Numbered from the stretch's first letter, positions 17,144 to 24,888 are shown. The stretch is 31,988 bases of DNA from a virus (IMGVR_UViG_3300020044_001514:1-31988); one strand, 5' to 3'. The notes: generated from the sequence alone by a model not told the origin. Program-made: numbers and translations.

Positions 17144-17393
17144 TTTTTACTTTCAGTGCGTTAAAAATCTTTTCAAGTGTTGGCGCTGCAACTCTGCAAA
17201 ACCCAACTGGTGTATTAGGATACCAATGCAAAACCCATAAGCTATCTGTATCAATTGCTTCTTGCATTTCATCTTTAGACAAAAACGCATCTTGCAAATC
17301 AAGATCAAGAATGTGATGTTCAACGCTTATGTAATAATTTTTATGCTCATTGTGTTCAAGTGACAAACCAGCTTCATGTTTAGGAAATTCCAT
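17136..17393 (-). CDS. hypothetical protein
   Basis: 85 aa ORF with WYPNTPVGF motif, overlapping both neighbours. Confidence 0.65.
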   Translation of the reverse strand: MEFPKHEAGLSLEHNEHKNYYISVEHHILDLDLQDAFLSKDEMQEAIDTDSLWVLHWYPNTPVGFCRVAAPTLEKIFNALKVKNG

Positions 17394-18024
17394 GATTTTC
17401 TTTCAGTTCGTTGAGTTTTATAATTTTGCCATCTAGCTCTGTAAGGAACTTTTTGACTTCTTCTTCAAGCATTGCAATGTAAGCATCATCACGATCAACG
17501 CGCTTAACAAACAACTGCAATTCTGTTGGAAGTCGTGGGTCAAAACTCACAAAGTCACACCATTTGCGACCAGTACAAGCCATTTGCCATTGCATTTGAG
17601 TATTGTATTTGCCTGGTACTGTCTGACTCAATAATGTGTCAATGTGTGTCGCCGTGTTCGGGCATTTAATCTCAAGCTGTCCAACATCGCCCACAAGCCC
17701 GTCAGGAGAAGCGCCAGCAGCTTCAATCGTTGGGTGGGTAATCATGGCAACTTCATCCACTAAAACATCAGCATAAGCCTCATACGCTGCCCTAGCCAAT
17801 GGTTCGGTTTCAGTGCCCCATTGCATAGCTGAGTTTGAATAGGATTCGGCTACGGTGTTGGTCATACGCTCACAAACCAACTGAGCCATGTAGTTGTCGC
17901 GGCTGGTGCTGTAACCCGTCTTTGTCTTGGCGATAACGTCAGCAACACGGCTGGCGGTTACTTTTCCCAAGCGTTGTGCAAACCAAGCATCACTGCCTTG
18001 CGTAATTTCAAGCGAATTTTCCAT
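17380..18024 (-). CDS. YqaJ / lambda-exonuclease family recombination nuclease
   Basis: QGSDAWFAQRLGKVTASR, WGTETEPLAR, ASPDGLV, LEIKCP and QMQWQM motifs. Confidence 0.92.
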   Translation of the reverse strand: MENSLEITQGSDAWFAQRLGKVTASRVADVIAKTKTGYSTSRDNYMAQLVCERMTNTVAESYSNSAMQWGTETEPLARAAYEAYADVLVDEVAMITHPTIEAAGASPDGLVGDVGQLEIKCPNTATHIDTLLSQTVPGKYNTQMQWQMACTGRKWCDFVSFDPRLPTELQLFVKRVDRDDAYIAMLEEEVKKFLTELDGKIIKLNELKENHGIS

Positions 18025-18499
18025 AAAGTTCCTTTCGTTTTGTTTCATAAATCGCTTTTGCTTCATTTGGTGTTTCAAACACCCCAAGATGTAATTGTTT
18101 GCCTTTGTAACTAATCCTTGCTTGGAATTTTCCGTTTGCCATGTTTCTTACACCCATTGGCAAATCAATTCTTCTTGTTCTTTTTTTGTGATTCCATGCG
18201 TTTTCAAGAACGCTTGCTTCTCTAAGGTTTTGAATCTTGTCATCAAGTGAATTGCCATTTATATGGTCAACACAAGGATTTGGAAAATTTCCATAAACAT
18301 ACAAAAACATTAAACGACCACGTTTGTATCTTTTGCCGTTTATTTTTATGTGCCAATATTCCTTGCAATTAGCCATTGATGGGCATCCTGCTTCTTGTCC
18401 ATTAAGACGTTTGTGATGTTTTGATACGTTTTTCCAAACAAACTTTCCTTCATCTGGAAACACATCAAACAAGTTGATAAGGTCATGTTTTGTAATCAT
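18008..18499 (-). CDS. HNH endonuclease with AP2 domain (free-standing homing endonuclease)
   Basis: VDHINGNSLDDKIQNLR, then GV...GKFQARI....HLGVF; AT-rich. Confidence 0.85.
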   Translation of the reverse strand: MITKHDLINLFDVFPDEGKFVWKNVSKHHKRLNGQEAGCPSMANCKEYWHIKINGKRYKRGRLMFLYVYGNFPNPCVDHINGNSLDDKIQNLREASVLENAWNHKKRTRRIDLPMGVRNMANGKFQARISYKGKQLHLGVFETPNEAKAIYETKRKELYGKFA

Positions 18500-18534
18500 G
18501 CCCACATCGTATCACACAAGATGCCCTTGTTCAA

Positions 18535-18885
18535 TCATTTCTTTTCCTTTGTTATTTCTTCTTTAGCTTTTTTTAATTCATTTTCAAGTTTCAACTCAAG
18601 AAGTTCAATCATTTGTTGGCCGACTTTTGTTTCAATGGCTTTTTCTGTCAATACAGCGCCAGCCATCATGTACATTGTTTTGCTTGATGGAATAAAACAA
18701 GCAAATACCAATAGAACAGATGGAACAATCCATGCCCAATTCTTTCCATGATATTCATTTGTATCAATTCCAACAACAAGTGTTGCTATTCCAAAAATAA
18801 GCAAACCAACTATTCCTAGAACGCCTGCCAATCCACCAATGTTGTTAAAAACTTCAGCGAAATAAAAAAATAATGCTGCACTCAT
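18535..18885 (-). CDS. hypothetical membrane protein
   Basis: Two TM helices and IPSSKTMYMMAG motif; AT-rich. Confidence 0.7.
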   Translation of the reverse strand: MSAALFFYFAEVFNNIGGLAGVLGIVGLLIFGIATLVVGIDTNEYHGKNWAWIVPSVLLVFACFIPSSKTMYMMAGAVLTEKAIETKVGQQMIELLELKLENELKKAKEEITKEKK

Positions 18886-19436
18886 TTCAAACTCGCTTTC
18901 TTTTCATCTTTGACAGCAATGATCTTTTTCTGCCAGTTAGCGTCTGTACCACAGGCTTTGTAAGCAGCTTGGTAAGCAGCTTTGAGCGATGGTTCGTCAG
19001 TTGCGTCTTGAATTGCTGTAATGTGGTCAGCCATCAAGTTTGAATCCACAACGGTCTTTGCTGGTCGTGCGGCTGAGTTTCCATCATCATCTTCTGGAGC
19101 AATGCCGCAAGCCGCCATCAAGCTGTAACGTCTAGCGTATGTCAGCGCAGAAGCGTAGCCTTGTGGGTCTTTTTTGACAGCAGGAAAGTGAACAATGCCA
19201 CACTCAAGCATCTCGCCTGATTCGTGAACAAAGACTGTTTCGCACATGATGCCATCGGCGCAGTCGTAATTCTTTTGTAACAAGAAAATGCCATTGTTGT
19301 TAAGCGCGTCAATGACAGCTTCAACGCAAGCTGAAAGGTCAGCATACTTTGATCGAAAGTGTGGATTGGTAGAAGTCTTGAGTGCAGGGCCAAAGGCTTT
19401 TTGTGCCTTGACCAAAGCTGATGCGATGTTTTTCAT
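18882..19436 (-). CDS. erf: ERF family single-strand annealing protein
   Basis: NPHFRSKYADL and DPQGYASALTYARRYSL...GIAPEDDDGN signature. Confidence 0.92.
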   Translation of the reverse strand: MKNIASALVKAQKAFGPALKTSTNPHFRSKYADLSACVEAVIDALNNNGIFLLQKNYDCADGIMCETVFVHESGEMLECGIVHFPAVKKDPQGYASALTYARRYSLMAACGIAPEDDDGNSAARPAKTVVDSNLMADHITAIQDATDEPSLKAAYQAAYKACGTDANWQKKIIAVKDEKKASLK

Positions 19437-19438
19437 GA

Positions 19439-19639
19439 TTAACCCCAAATGATGTGTGTGACAAAGCCAGCAGCAAAAGCGCAAGCGATATAAACCCAGA
19501 ATTCAGCTTGTGCTGATGCGTCAGAACGGTGGCCTTCCATCCATTCCCAACGCCTCTGGCGTTCTAAGTCATAGTAGTTATCACTAAATGCGTCACGCAT
19601 TGTGTTTGGAAAACGGCGGGTTGTGTCATTGAGTTTCAT
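19439..19639 (-). CDS. hypothetical protein (TRRFP.TM.DAF motif, C-terminal TM)
   Basis: 66 aa ORF with aagga RBS, first gene after the leader motif. Confidence 0.65.
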   Translation of the reverse strand: MKLNDTTRRFPNTMRDAFSDNYYDLERQRRWEWMEGHRSDASAQAEFWVYIACAFAAGFVTHIIWG

Positions 19640-19645
19640 TTTGGT

Positions 19646-19709
19646 TCCTTTAAAAGACCTTCTGCTGAAGGCATGAGATGCATCTTAAATCAGATTTTGC
19701 TTGTTTCAA
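19646..19709 (-). promoter_or_regulatory. early promoter plus leader hairpin/boxA-like element, copy 1
   Basis: TTGAAA-16nt-TAAGAT, then CTCATGCC-hairpin-GGTCTTTTAAAGGA; duplicated at 21886-21917. Confidence 0.6.
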
Positions 19710-19718
19710 ATCTTTTTT

Positions 19719-19892
19719 TCATTTTGTTGTTTTTATGCGAATCTGCAAAGCAAATCCCCAAGTAAGACCAGAAATAATCCAAAAGCAACGGTCAGCGTAT
19801 GACCAAAATTCTGGGTCTTTGTTCCAATTGACAAAGCCAATCAGTACATAGACAACTGCAATCATGATTGGATATGCGATAAGGTCTTTCAT
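19719..19892 (-). CDS. small membrane protein (57 aa)
   Basis: Read by hand: MKDLIAYPIMIAVVYVLIGFVNWNKDPEFWSY...; ATGA-coupled. Confidence 0.55.
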   Translation of the reverse strand: MKDLIAYPIMIAVVYVLIGFVNWNKDPEFWSYADRCFWIISGLTWGFALQIRIKTTK

Positions 19893-20023
19893 TTCTTTTC
19901 CTTCTCTAGTTTTTCAATACGTTTCTCAAGGGCTTTGATTTTCTTTTCAAGCTCCTCAATGGTTGACTTCTCTTTGTAGCCAACCTCTCGATATGGGACT
20001 GTGATGCCTATGGGCTTACGCAC
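19889..20023 (-). CDS. small coiled-coil protein (44 aa)
   Basis: GTG start after aggag: MRKPIGITVPYREVGYKEKSTIEELEKKIKALEKRIEKLEKEKK. Confidence 0.55.
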   Translation of the reverse strand: MRKPIGITVPYREVGYKEKSTIEELEKKIKALEKRIEKLEKEKK

Positions 20024-20399
20024 CGTTCTTCTCCTTTAGTTTGGCTTCTGCCCATCTAGCACCTTGCTTAAAAAAAAGATTTCCAACCCATTCTTCAGGC
20101 AAATCGCCCCAGTTCAGACCAACCCATGTGCGTTGTTGTGGTGTGGTGTAGAGCTTTGTGCCAACGTCAGGAACATAGCTAATCCAATCAACACCAACCC
20201 TTTCAAAATCATTAGGCCAAGCAACCATTTCTCCAACAGGCTCACCCGTATGCTCGCTAACGCTGCGCTGCTCTTGCTTGGCTAGTGCTTCTTCTAGGGC
20301 TTTGATGGCTTCAGTTACCCGAATAAATTGGACTTTATTCCAAAAATTACAAGGCATACGCAACGCCTCAAGCGCCAGCTTCATTGCTTCTTTACTCAT
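20016..20399 (-). CDS. modular early protein, copy 3
   Basis: MSKEAMKLALEAL / ALEEALAKQEQ / GEPV / LYTTPQQR linkers separating unique segments. Confidence 0.75.
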   Translation of the reverse strand: MSKEAMKLALEALRMPCNFWNKVQFIRVTEAIKALEEALAKQEQRSVSEHTGEPVGEMVAWPNDFERVGVDWISYVPDVGTKLYTTPQQRTWVGLNWGDLPEEWVGNLFFKQGARWAEAKLKEKNGA

Positions 20400-20785
20400 G
20401 GTGTTTCCTTAATGCCGTGGGCGGCTTCGATTGCTCTGGTCAAATCTTTCCAAAACAATGCTGGCGGTTCGTTACCGTTCATCTCAATCACAATGTCTGC
20501 AATCTGCTCATCCGTCAGCGGTTTGCGTTGTTGTGGTGTGGTGTAGAGGTCGTGCATACCTTCCACCAAAGAATCATCAATCCACCAAACATGACCAATT
20601 AACCCACCAGATTTGGCCTTTTCAATTCTTACTCGCATTACAGGCTCACACTGCTCTTGCTTGGCTAGTGCTTCTTCAATCTCAGCGGCCCAAACTTTGT
20701 GAATGAACTCCCCTTTGTACTTGTCAGCCAATGGGTTGTAGTATCGCAACTCACTAGCAATCCGCTTCATTGCTTCTTTAATCAT
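20396..20785 (-). CDS. modular early protein, copy 2
   Basis: MIKEAMK / EEALAKQEQ.EPV / LYTTPQQRKPLTDE / AIEAAHGIKE linkers. Confidence 0.75.
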   Translation of the reverse strand: MIKEAMKRIASELRYYNPLADKYKGEFIHKVWAAEIEEALAKQEQCEPVMRVRIEKAKSGGLIGHVWWIDDSLVEGMHDLYTTPQQRKPLTDEQIADIVIEMNGNEPPALFWKDLTRAIEAAHGIKETP

Positions 20786-20788
20786 GTC

Positions 20789-21241
20789 TCACTCCTTAAT
20801 GCCGTGGGCGGATTCGATTGTTGGTTTGCCACAGTTGGGACAAAACTTCATGTCGTTGTCTTTTGGGCCACCTTCGGTGAATGTCCACATTGCCCCGCAA
20901 TCTGCTTCCCATGTGTCAGGCATATTAAAGTCATCGTAGTTCTTCCATGTGCAGCACTCATCCGTCAGCGGCTTACGCTCCGCTGTGCGTTGTTGTGGTG
21001 TGGTGATGCTGTCTTGCCCTGAAATGTAGGCAATGCGTAATGCTTGAAGAAACCCAATTTCCTCTGGGTCACCATGTTGTTTTGACAGCCATTCTTCAAA
21101 CGCCACAGGCTCACCCTGCTCTTGCTTGGCTAATGCTTCTTCTAGGGCTTTGATTGCTTTTTCACGCACATTTGTAATGTTTTGATTAAAGCGACCAAAC
21201 TTCAACGCCTCAAGCGCAAGATTCATTGCTTCTTTACTCAT
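20789..21241 (-). CDS. modular early protein, copy 1 (with C-terminal zinc-ribbon module)
   Basis: Same linkers; last module has WEADCG...FCPNCGKP. Confidence 0.75.
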   Translation of the reverse strand: MSKEAMNLALEALKFGRFNQNITNVREKAIKALEEALAKQEQGEPVAFEEWLSKQHGDPEEIGFLQALRIAYISGQDSITTPQQRTAERKPLTDECCTWKNYDDFNMPDTWEADCGAMWTFTEGGPKDNDMKFCPNCGKPTIESAHGIKE

Positions 21242-21250
21242 ACTTGCCTT

Positions 21251-21385
21251 TCAATAGCGTTCAAACCAGCATGGCGGTTTGTTTTCTGACCAATACTCGT
21301 TTCGCACGAATCGAAAACGTGGACGGTCAGGACCAATTTGTAAATGCCACGCACCGAAGCGCCAGTTAATCCATAAATTACTCAT
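21251..21385 (-). CDS. small Trp-rich protein (44 aa)
   Basis: Read by hand: MSNLWINWRFGAWHLQIGPDRPRF...; ATGA-coupled. Confidence 0.5.
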   Translation of the reverse strand: MSNLWINWRFGAWHLQIGPDRPRFRFVRNEYWSENKPPCWFERY

Positions 21386-21498
21386 AACGGAGCCTCTGGC
21401 AGTTGTGCGCGTTGCGCTTGGTTGTACGCTTTGATTTGTTTAGCAGTCCAAGGCTTTGCGCCTGTTGCTGGTGGAAATGGCCAATTAGTCAATGTCAT
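21382..21498 (-). CDS. small protein (38 aa, WPFP...EAPL)
   Basis: Read by hand: MTLTNWPFPPATGAKPWTAKQIKAYNQAQRAQLPEAPL. Confidence 0.5.
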   Translation of the reverse strand: MTLTNWPFPPATGAKPWTAKQIKAYNQAQRAQLPEAPL

Positions 21499-21694
21499 AG
21501 CAATCATCATCATCTTTTTCTACTGGTTCAACGCCAGTGCCTTTGCATTTACTGCAAGTTGCACCGTCATACATTCCTTCGCCTGACCCGCTGCACCATG
21601 AGCAAATTTCGTCTTCGTCTTCTTCTATTTCATCTTCCATCACGCATTCAATGCAAGAGCAATGTGACGTTCCGCAGTTTTGTGGCTTGTTCAT
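21485..21694 (-). CDS. acidic zinc-finger protein (DnaJ-type CxxCxGxG repeats)
   Basis: CSWCSGSG and CSKCKGTG, plus an N-terminal CGTSHCSCIEC cluster. Confidence 0.65.
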   Translation of the reverse strand: MNKPQNCGTSHCSCIECVMEDEIEEDEDEICSWCSGSGEGMYDGATCSKCKGTGVEPVEKDDDDCYDID

Positions 21695-21879
21695 GGCTTC
21701 ACCTCTGCGTCAACAATGCGAATCAAGGCGGCAATCAAATCTTTGGCTTGTTCTTTTGTAAGCGTTACATGGCATCTGGCGGCTTCTACAACCACAGACA
21801 ACCAAACTTCATCACCGTGTGCGTCAACATTTAGGTGTCGGCGCTTGCGTGTTGTTTCAATGCGTGTATCTAGTTCCAT
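21691..21879 (-). CDS. hypothetical protein, first gene of leftward early operon
   Basis: aggag RBS; LTKEQAKDLIAAL motif. Confidence 0.65.
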   Translation of the reverse strand: MELDTRIETTRKRRHLNVDAHGDEVWLSVVVEAARCHVTLTKEQAKDLIAALIRIVDAEVKP

Positions 21880-21885
21880 CTCAAC

Positions 21886-22019
21886 TCCTTTAAAAGACCG
21901 CTTGATTGCGGCATGAGTTCATCATAATCAAAAAACAGCACATTTATCACAAGTTGCAAAAATACAACGAACAAAAAAATAGTTTTTAAAAGCTGATGTT
22001 TTGAACTAACAATAGCTGC
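21886..22019. promoter_or_regulatory. divergent early control region including leader motif copy 2
   Basis: AT-rich gap at the strand switch; leftward -10 TATGAT (21921-21926); leader repeat 21886-21917. Confidence 0.6.
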
Positions 22020-22232
22020 ATGAACACATCACACCCTAAGTGCTTTCCAACCTTTACCATTTTTCGCGAATGGGTATCGTTGGCAAAAGTAGCAAAAGAA
22101 AAAATCAGCCCTTGTGAAGACTGCACACTTTCATACGAGATGCAAATGAAACATCTAAAAAAATGTGATCGTCACTGGGTAGAAACGAATCTTGTAATCG
22201 GCGGTAAAACTTTAAACATTGGAACACTATGA
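22020..22232 (+). CDS. hypothetical Cys-containing protein
   Basis: PKCF...CEDC...C pattern; first rightward gene, no Shine-Dalgarno. Confidence 0.6.
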   Translation: MNTSHPKCFPTFTIFREWVSLAKVAKEKISPCEDCTLSYEMQMKHLKKCDRHWVETNLVIGGKTLNIGTL

Positions 22233-22621
22233 AACTACGACCTGCACACAGAGACTTGCTCAAGCGATTGATGCACAGCCCAACACACACAAAGACATTT
22301 ACACATGGAGACTCGGTTAATAGCCACCTTGGGTTTCACTATCAGCGATACCTTGAAGAAATGGCTCAATCTGGCTTTGTAGTCTGCATCCCAGAGCGTG
22401 GCGATGATTGGTGGCATATCACTGAGCATGGCCGTAAAGCAATGGCAGAGAAGCCAACAGTTGCGGCAACACGAAAAATTGTGGCTGGCACATCAGAAGG
22501 CACTTATGAAGGTCGTGAGTTGACGCAGACTTGTCAGCGACCAGGTGCTTACGACTTTCTAAAATATCCGTCTTTGCACATGGATAAGCTGTATTTCCCT
22601 CGCATCCCTAACAAACTTTGA
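22229..22621 (+). CDS. hypothetical protein (winged-helix-like N-part, RPGAYDFLKYPS C-motif)
   Basis: ATGA coupling; WHITEHGRKA wing-like motif. Confidence 0.65.
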   Translation: MKLRPAHRDLLKRLMHSPTHTKTFTHGDSVNSHLGFHYQRYLEEMAQSGFVVCIPERGDDWWHITEHGRKAMAEKPTVAATRKIVAGTSEGTYEGRELTQTCQRPGAYDFLKYPSLHMDKLYFPRIPNKL

Positions 22622-22631
22622 AAGGTTTAAC

Positions 22632-22784
22632 ATGAAAAAAGTAATCGCAATCATTTTGGCAACGCTGGCAATCAGCGCTAATGCTCAGTTCTACACAAAC
22701 ACCTACAACGTGGGAAACAAGACAGTTGTATGCACAACTTCTTGCATTGGTAATGGTCAATCTTGCACAACTAGCTGCTTCTAA
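22632..22784 (+). CDS. small secreted four-Cys peptide (50 aa)
   Basis: Read by hand: signal peptide MKKVIAIILATLAISANA, then QFYTNTYNVGNKTVVCTTSCIGNGQSCTTSCF; aaagg RBS. Confidence 0.65.
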   Translation: MKKVIAIILATLAISANAQFYTNTYNVGNKTVVCTTSCIGNGQSCTTSCF

Positions 22785-22793
22785 GGAAAACAA

Positions 22794-23102
22794 ATGTCGT
22801 CTTACGCAGAACTAGAAATGAAAATTGTGCAATGGTCTGAAGCTCGCAAGATCATTCCAAACAGCACACCATTTGCACAGTCAATCAAAGCTGTTGAGGA
22901 AATCAACGAATTGGTTGATGCGTTGCGTGATAACAACAAGATTGAAGCTATTGATGCCATTGGCGACACAGTGGTTTGTTTAATCAACGTATGTGCCTTG
23001 CTTGATGTAAACCTAACCGATTGCTTGGAAGCTGCTTATGAGCAGATAAAAGATAGATCGGGTACAATGCGAGAGGATGGAATTTTTTATAAGGACAAGT
23101 AA
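22794..23102 (+). CDS. MazG-like all-alpha NTP pyrophosphohydrolase
   Basis: EEINEL...DAIGD..V.L...DCLEAAYEQIKDR.G motif. Confidence 0.85.
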   Translation: MSSYAELEMKIVQWSEARKIIPNSTPFAQSIKAVEEINELVDALRDNNKIEAIDAIGDTVVCLINVCALLDVNLTDCLEAAYEQIKDRSGTMREDGIFYKDK

Positions 23103-23749
23103 TGCGTGGCGTTTTCCAAAATCTTATTGGCATAAAAAGTGGCAAATTAACAGTAATTGATGGGCCATTTAAAAGAGAAAGTAAACCTGGCTCTTTTTGG
23201 CTGTGTCGATGTGATTGCGGAAAAACGCTAGATCATTACATTGGCTCAAACAGAATCATAAAAGAAACAACAAAAAGTTGTGGATGTTTTATGGTTGAGC
23301 GTGTAAAAGAATCCAACAAAACTCATGGTCTTACAAAAACACGAACTTACATATCATGGCGATCAATGTGGCAACGTTGCACAGACAAGTCACATAAAAG
23401 TTATGAGTATTACAAGACAAGAACTCCAGTTGATCGCTGGAAATCTTTTGAAATGTTTTTGTCAGACATTGGTGAAAGACCACCAAACACTTCACTTGAA
23501 CGAATAGACAACTCAAAGCCTTATGCTCCTGAAAATTGCAAATGGGCATCTAACAGAGATCAAACGTTAAACAGAAGTTCAACTATTGTTCTTTTTATCA
23601 ATGGCATTGAAATGTCAATGAGAGAGGCTTGTATGACTTTAGGAACAAATTACAACAGAGCAAAAGCAAGAGTAAGAAATGGATGGAATCCTTATGATGC
23701 TGTAACAAAAGAAAAAACAAATCGTTGGAAAAACGAAAAACAAGTGTGA
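23102..23749 (+). CDS. putative free-standing homing endonuclease (HNH-like)
   Basis: G.LTV...WLCRCDCG..KSCGC, SW.SMWQRC, SLERIDNSKPYAPENCKWA; AT-rich. Confidence 0.75.
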   Translation: MRGVFQNLIGIKSGKLTVIDGPFKRESKPGSFWLCRCDCGKTLDHYIGSNRIIKETTKSCGCFMVERVKESNKTHGLTKTRTYISWRSMWQRCTDKSHKSYEYYKTRTPVDRWKSFEMFLSDIGERPPNTSLERIDNSKPYAPENCKWASNRDQTLNRSSTIVLFINGIEMSMREACMTLGTNYNRAKARVRNGWNPYDAVTKEKTNRWKNEKQV

Positions 23750-23760
23750 TATGATTTTCT

Positions 23761-23819
23761 GAAACATGGCTACCTTTAGCGGGGGAAAAGGCGATTCGTT
23801 ACCGCCCTGCCAATGTTTC
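23761..23819 (+). ncRNA. candidate three-way-junction leader RNA upstream of replication gene
   Basis: P1 gaaacat-ggc / gcc-a-atgtttc, P2 cctt/gggg, GAAAA linker, P3 ggcg/cgcc; extended -10 TGaTATGAT at 23747-23755. Confidence 0.5.
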
Positions 23820-23853
23820 TTTCAGTAACGACAACCGATAACGTGAGGTTTAA

Positions 23854-24597
23854 ATGCTTCTACAGCCTAAAAATTGGGCGCACTTTCAGCACTATAAAGA
23901 TCGCTGCCCACCTTGGATAAAACTCCACAGGGATTTGTTAAATAATCGTGATTTCATGCGCTTGCCTATTGCTAGCAAGGCGCTTGCGCCAATGCTCTGG
24001 TTGCTAGCAAGTGAATCAAAAGATGGTTCATTTGATGGCTCATTAGATGAGCTTGTGTTTCGATTGCACATCACAGAAAAAGAATACAACGATGGCATCA
24101 AACCATTGATTGATAAAGGATTTTTTGTATCTGATAGCGAAGTGCTAGCAGACTGCTTGCAAACTGCTATCCCAGAGAGAGAGACAGAGACAAAGAAAGA
24201 GACAAAGAAGAAAAGCGCAACTAACGTTGCTTGTCCTGATTCTGTTAATCAACAAGTTTGGAATGATTGGTTGATAGTTCGCAAAGGAAAAGGCGCTAAG
24301 TCTTTGACAGAAACAGCATGGACTAGATTTACCAACCAAGTTGAAAAGGCGGGTTGGGGTCTTGAACAAGCAATTAGCCATTGCTGTCTGAAAAATTGGG
24401 TAAGTTTTGAAGCTGATTGGGTTGCGCCTAAACAACAGTTTGCTAACAAATACGATGTGGCTCACATTACAACGCCACCACCGCCAAACCAAGACGCTGC
24501 GTTGCGGAAGATTGAGGAAGACAGCAAACGCGCTGCAAAGCCAAATGCTGACGTACAGGCAAAGATTGCTGAATTGCTGAAAGGCAGAGTTCAATGA
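23854..24597 (+). CDS. phage replication initiator / replisome organiser
   Basis: KNW..FQHYKDR.PPWIKLHR N-domain, low-complexity linker, helical C-domain; gagg RBS. Confidence 0.75.
   Translation: MLLQPKNWAHFQHYKDRCPPWIKLHRDLLNNRDFMRLPIASKALAPMLWLLASESKDGSFDGSLDELVFRLHITEKEYNDGIKPLIDKGFFVSDSEVLADCLQTAIPERETETKKETKKKSATNVACPDSVNQQVWNDWLIVRKGKGAKSLTETAWTRFTNQVEKAGWGLEQAISHCCLKNWVSFEADWVAPKQQFANKYDVAHITTPPPPNQDAALRKIEEDSKRAAKPNADVQAKIAELLKGRVQ
24132..24215 (+). repeat. putative replication origin: four iterons with 11-bp period plus purine-rich tract
   Basis: tgatagcg 24132, tgctagca 24143, tgcttgca 24154, tgctatcc 24165; agagacaaagaa x2 at 24186-24209. Confidence 0.6.
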
Positions 24598-24854
24598 ACA
24601 AGCAACAAGCCTTAAACCTGCTAGACCGTGTCAAATACGGCGCATTTGTGCCACTAAGCAGAATCAATGAAGCATTACTTAAAACAGGTGATCTAGATGT
24701 TTTTGGATGTAAGAGCCAAGCTAATCGAACACTATGCACAGATGGCTTTGAATCAGGGGAGTATCGGACAAGCAAGGCTGAGAGTTACAGAACTGGAATC
24801 ATGCAGCTCTCAACTGTGGTCAGGTATTGGGCAGCAAGTAAAACAACGAATTGA
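24594..24854 (+). CDS. hypothetical protein
   Basis: ATGA-coupled; INEALLKTGDL motif. The C-terminal half overlaps the next ORF. Confidence 0.5.
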   Translation: MNKQQALNLLDRVKYGAFVPLSRINEALLKTGDLDVFGCKSQANRTLCTDGFESGEYRTSKAESYRTGIMQLSTVVRYWAASKTTN

Positions 24855-24888
24855 GGAATTGAAAAATGAGACGAGCCGCAAGGGTTGA
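24697..24888 (+). CDS. hypothetical protein
   Basis: aggtg RBS; helical 63 aa. Confidence 0.5.
   Translation: MFLDVRAKLIEHYAQMALNQGSIGQARLRVTELESCSSQLWSGIGQQVKQRIEELKNETSRKG

Noticed and set aside
18008-18538. Group I intron in the exonuclease gene
   Set aside because: Almost no non-coding sequence flanks the HNH ORF to form a ribozyme core, and the exonuclease has its own start.
20016-21241. Diversity-generating retroelement or invertase shufflon
   Set aside because: No reverse transcriptase or site-specific recombinase; repeats are direct and differences are not adenine-specific.
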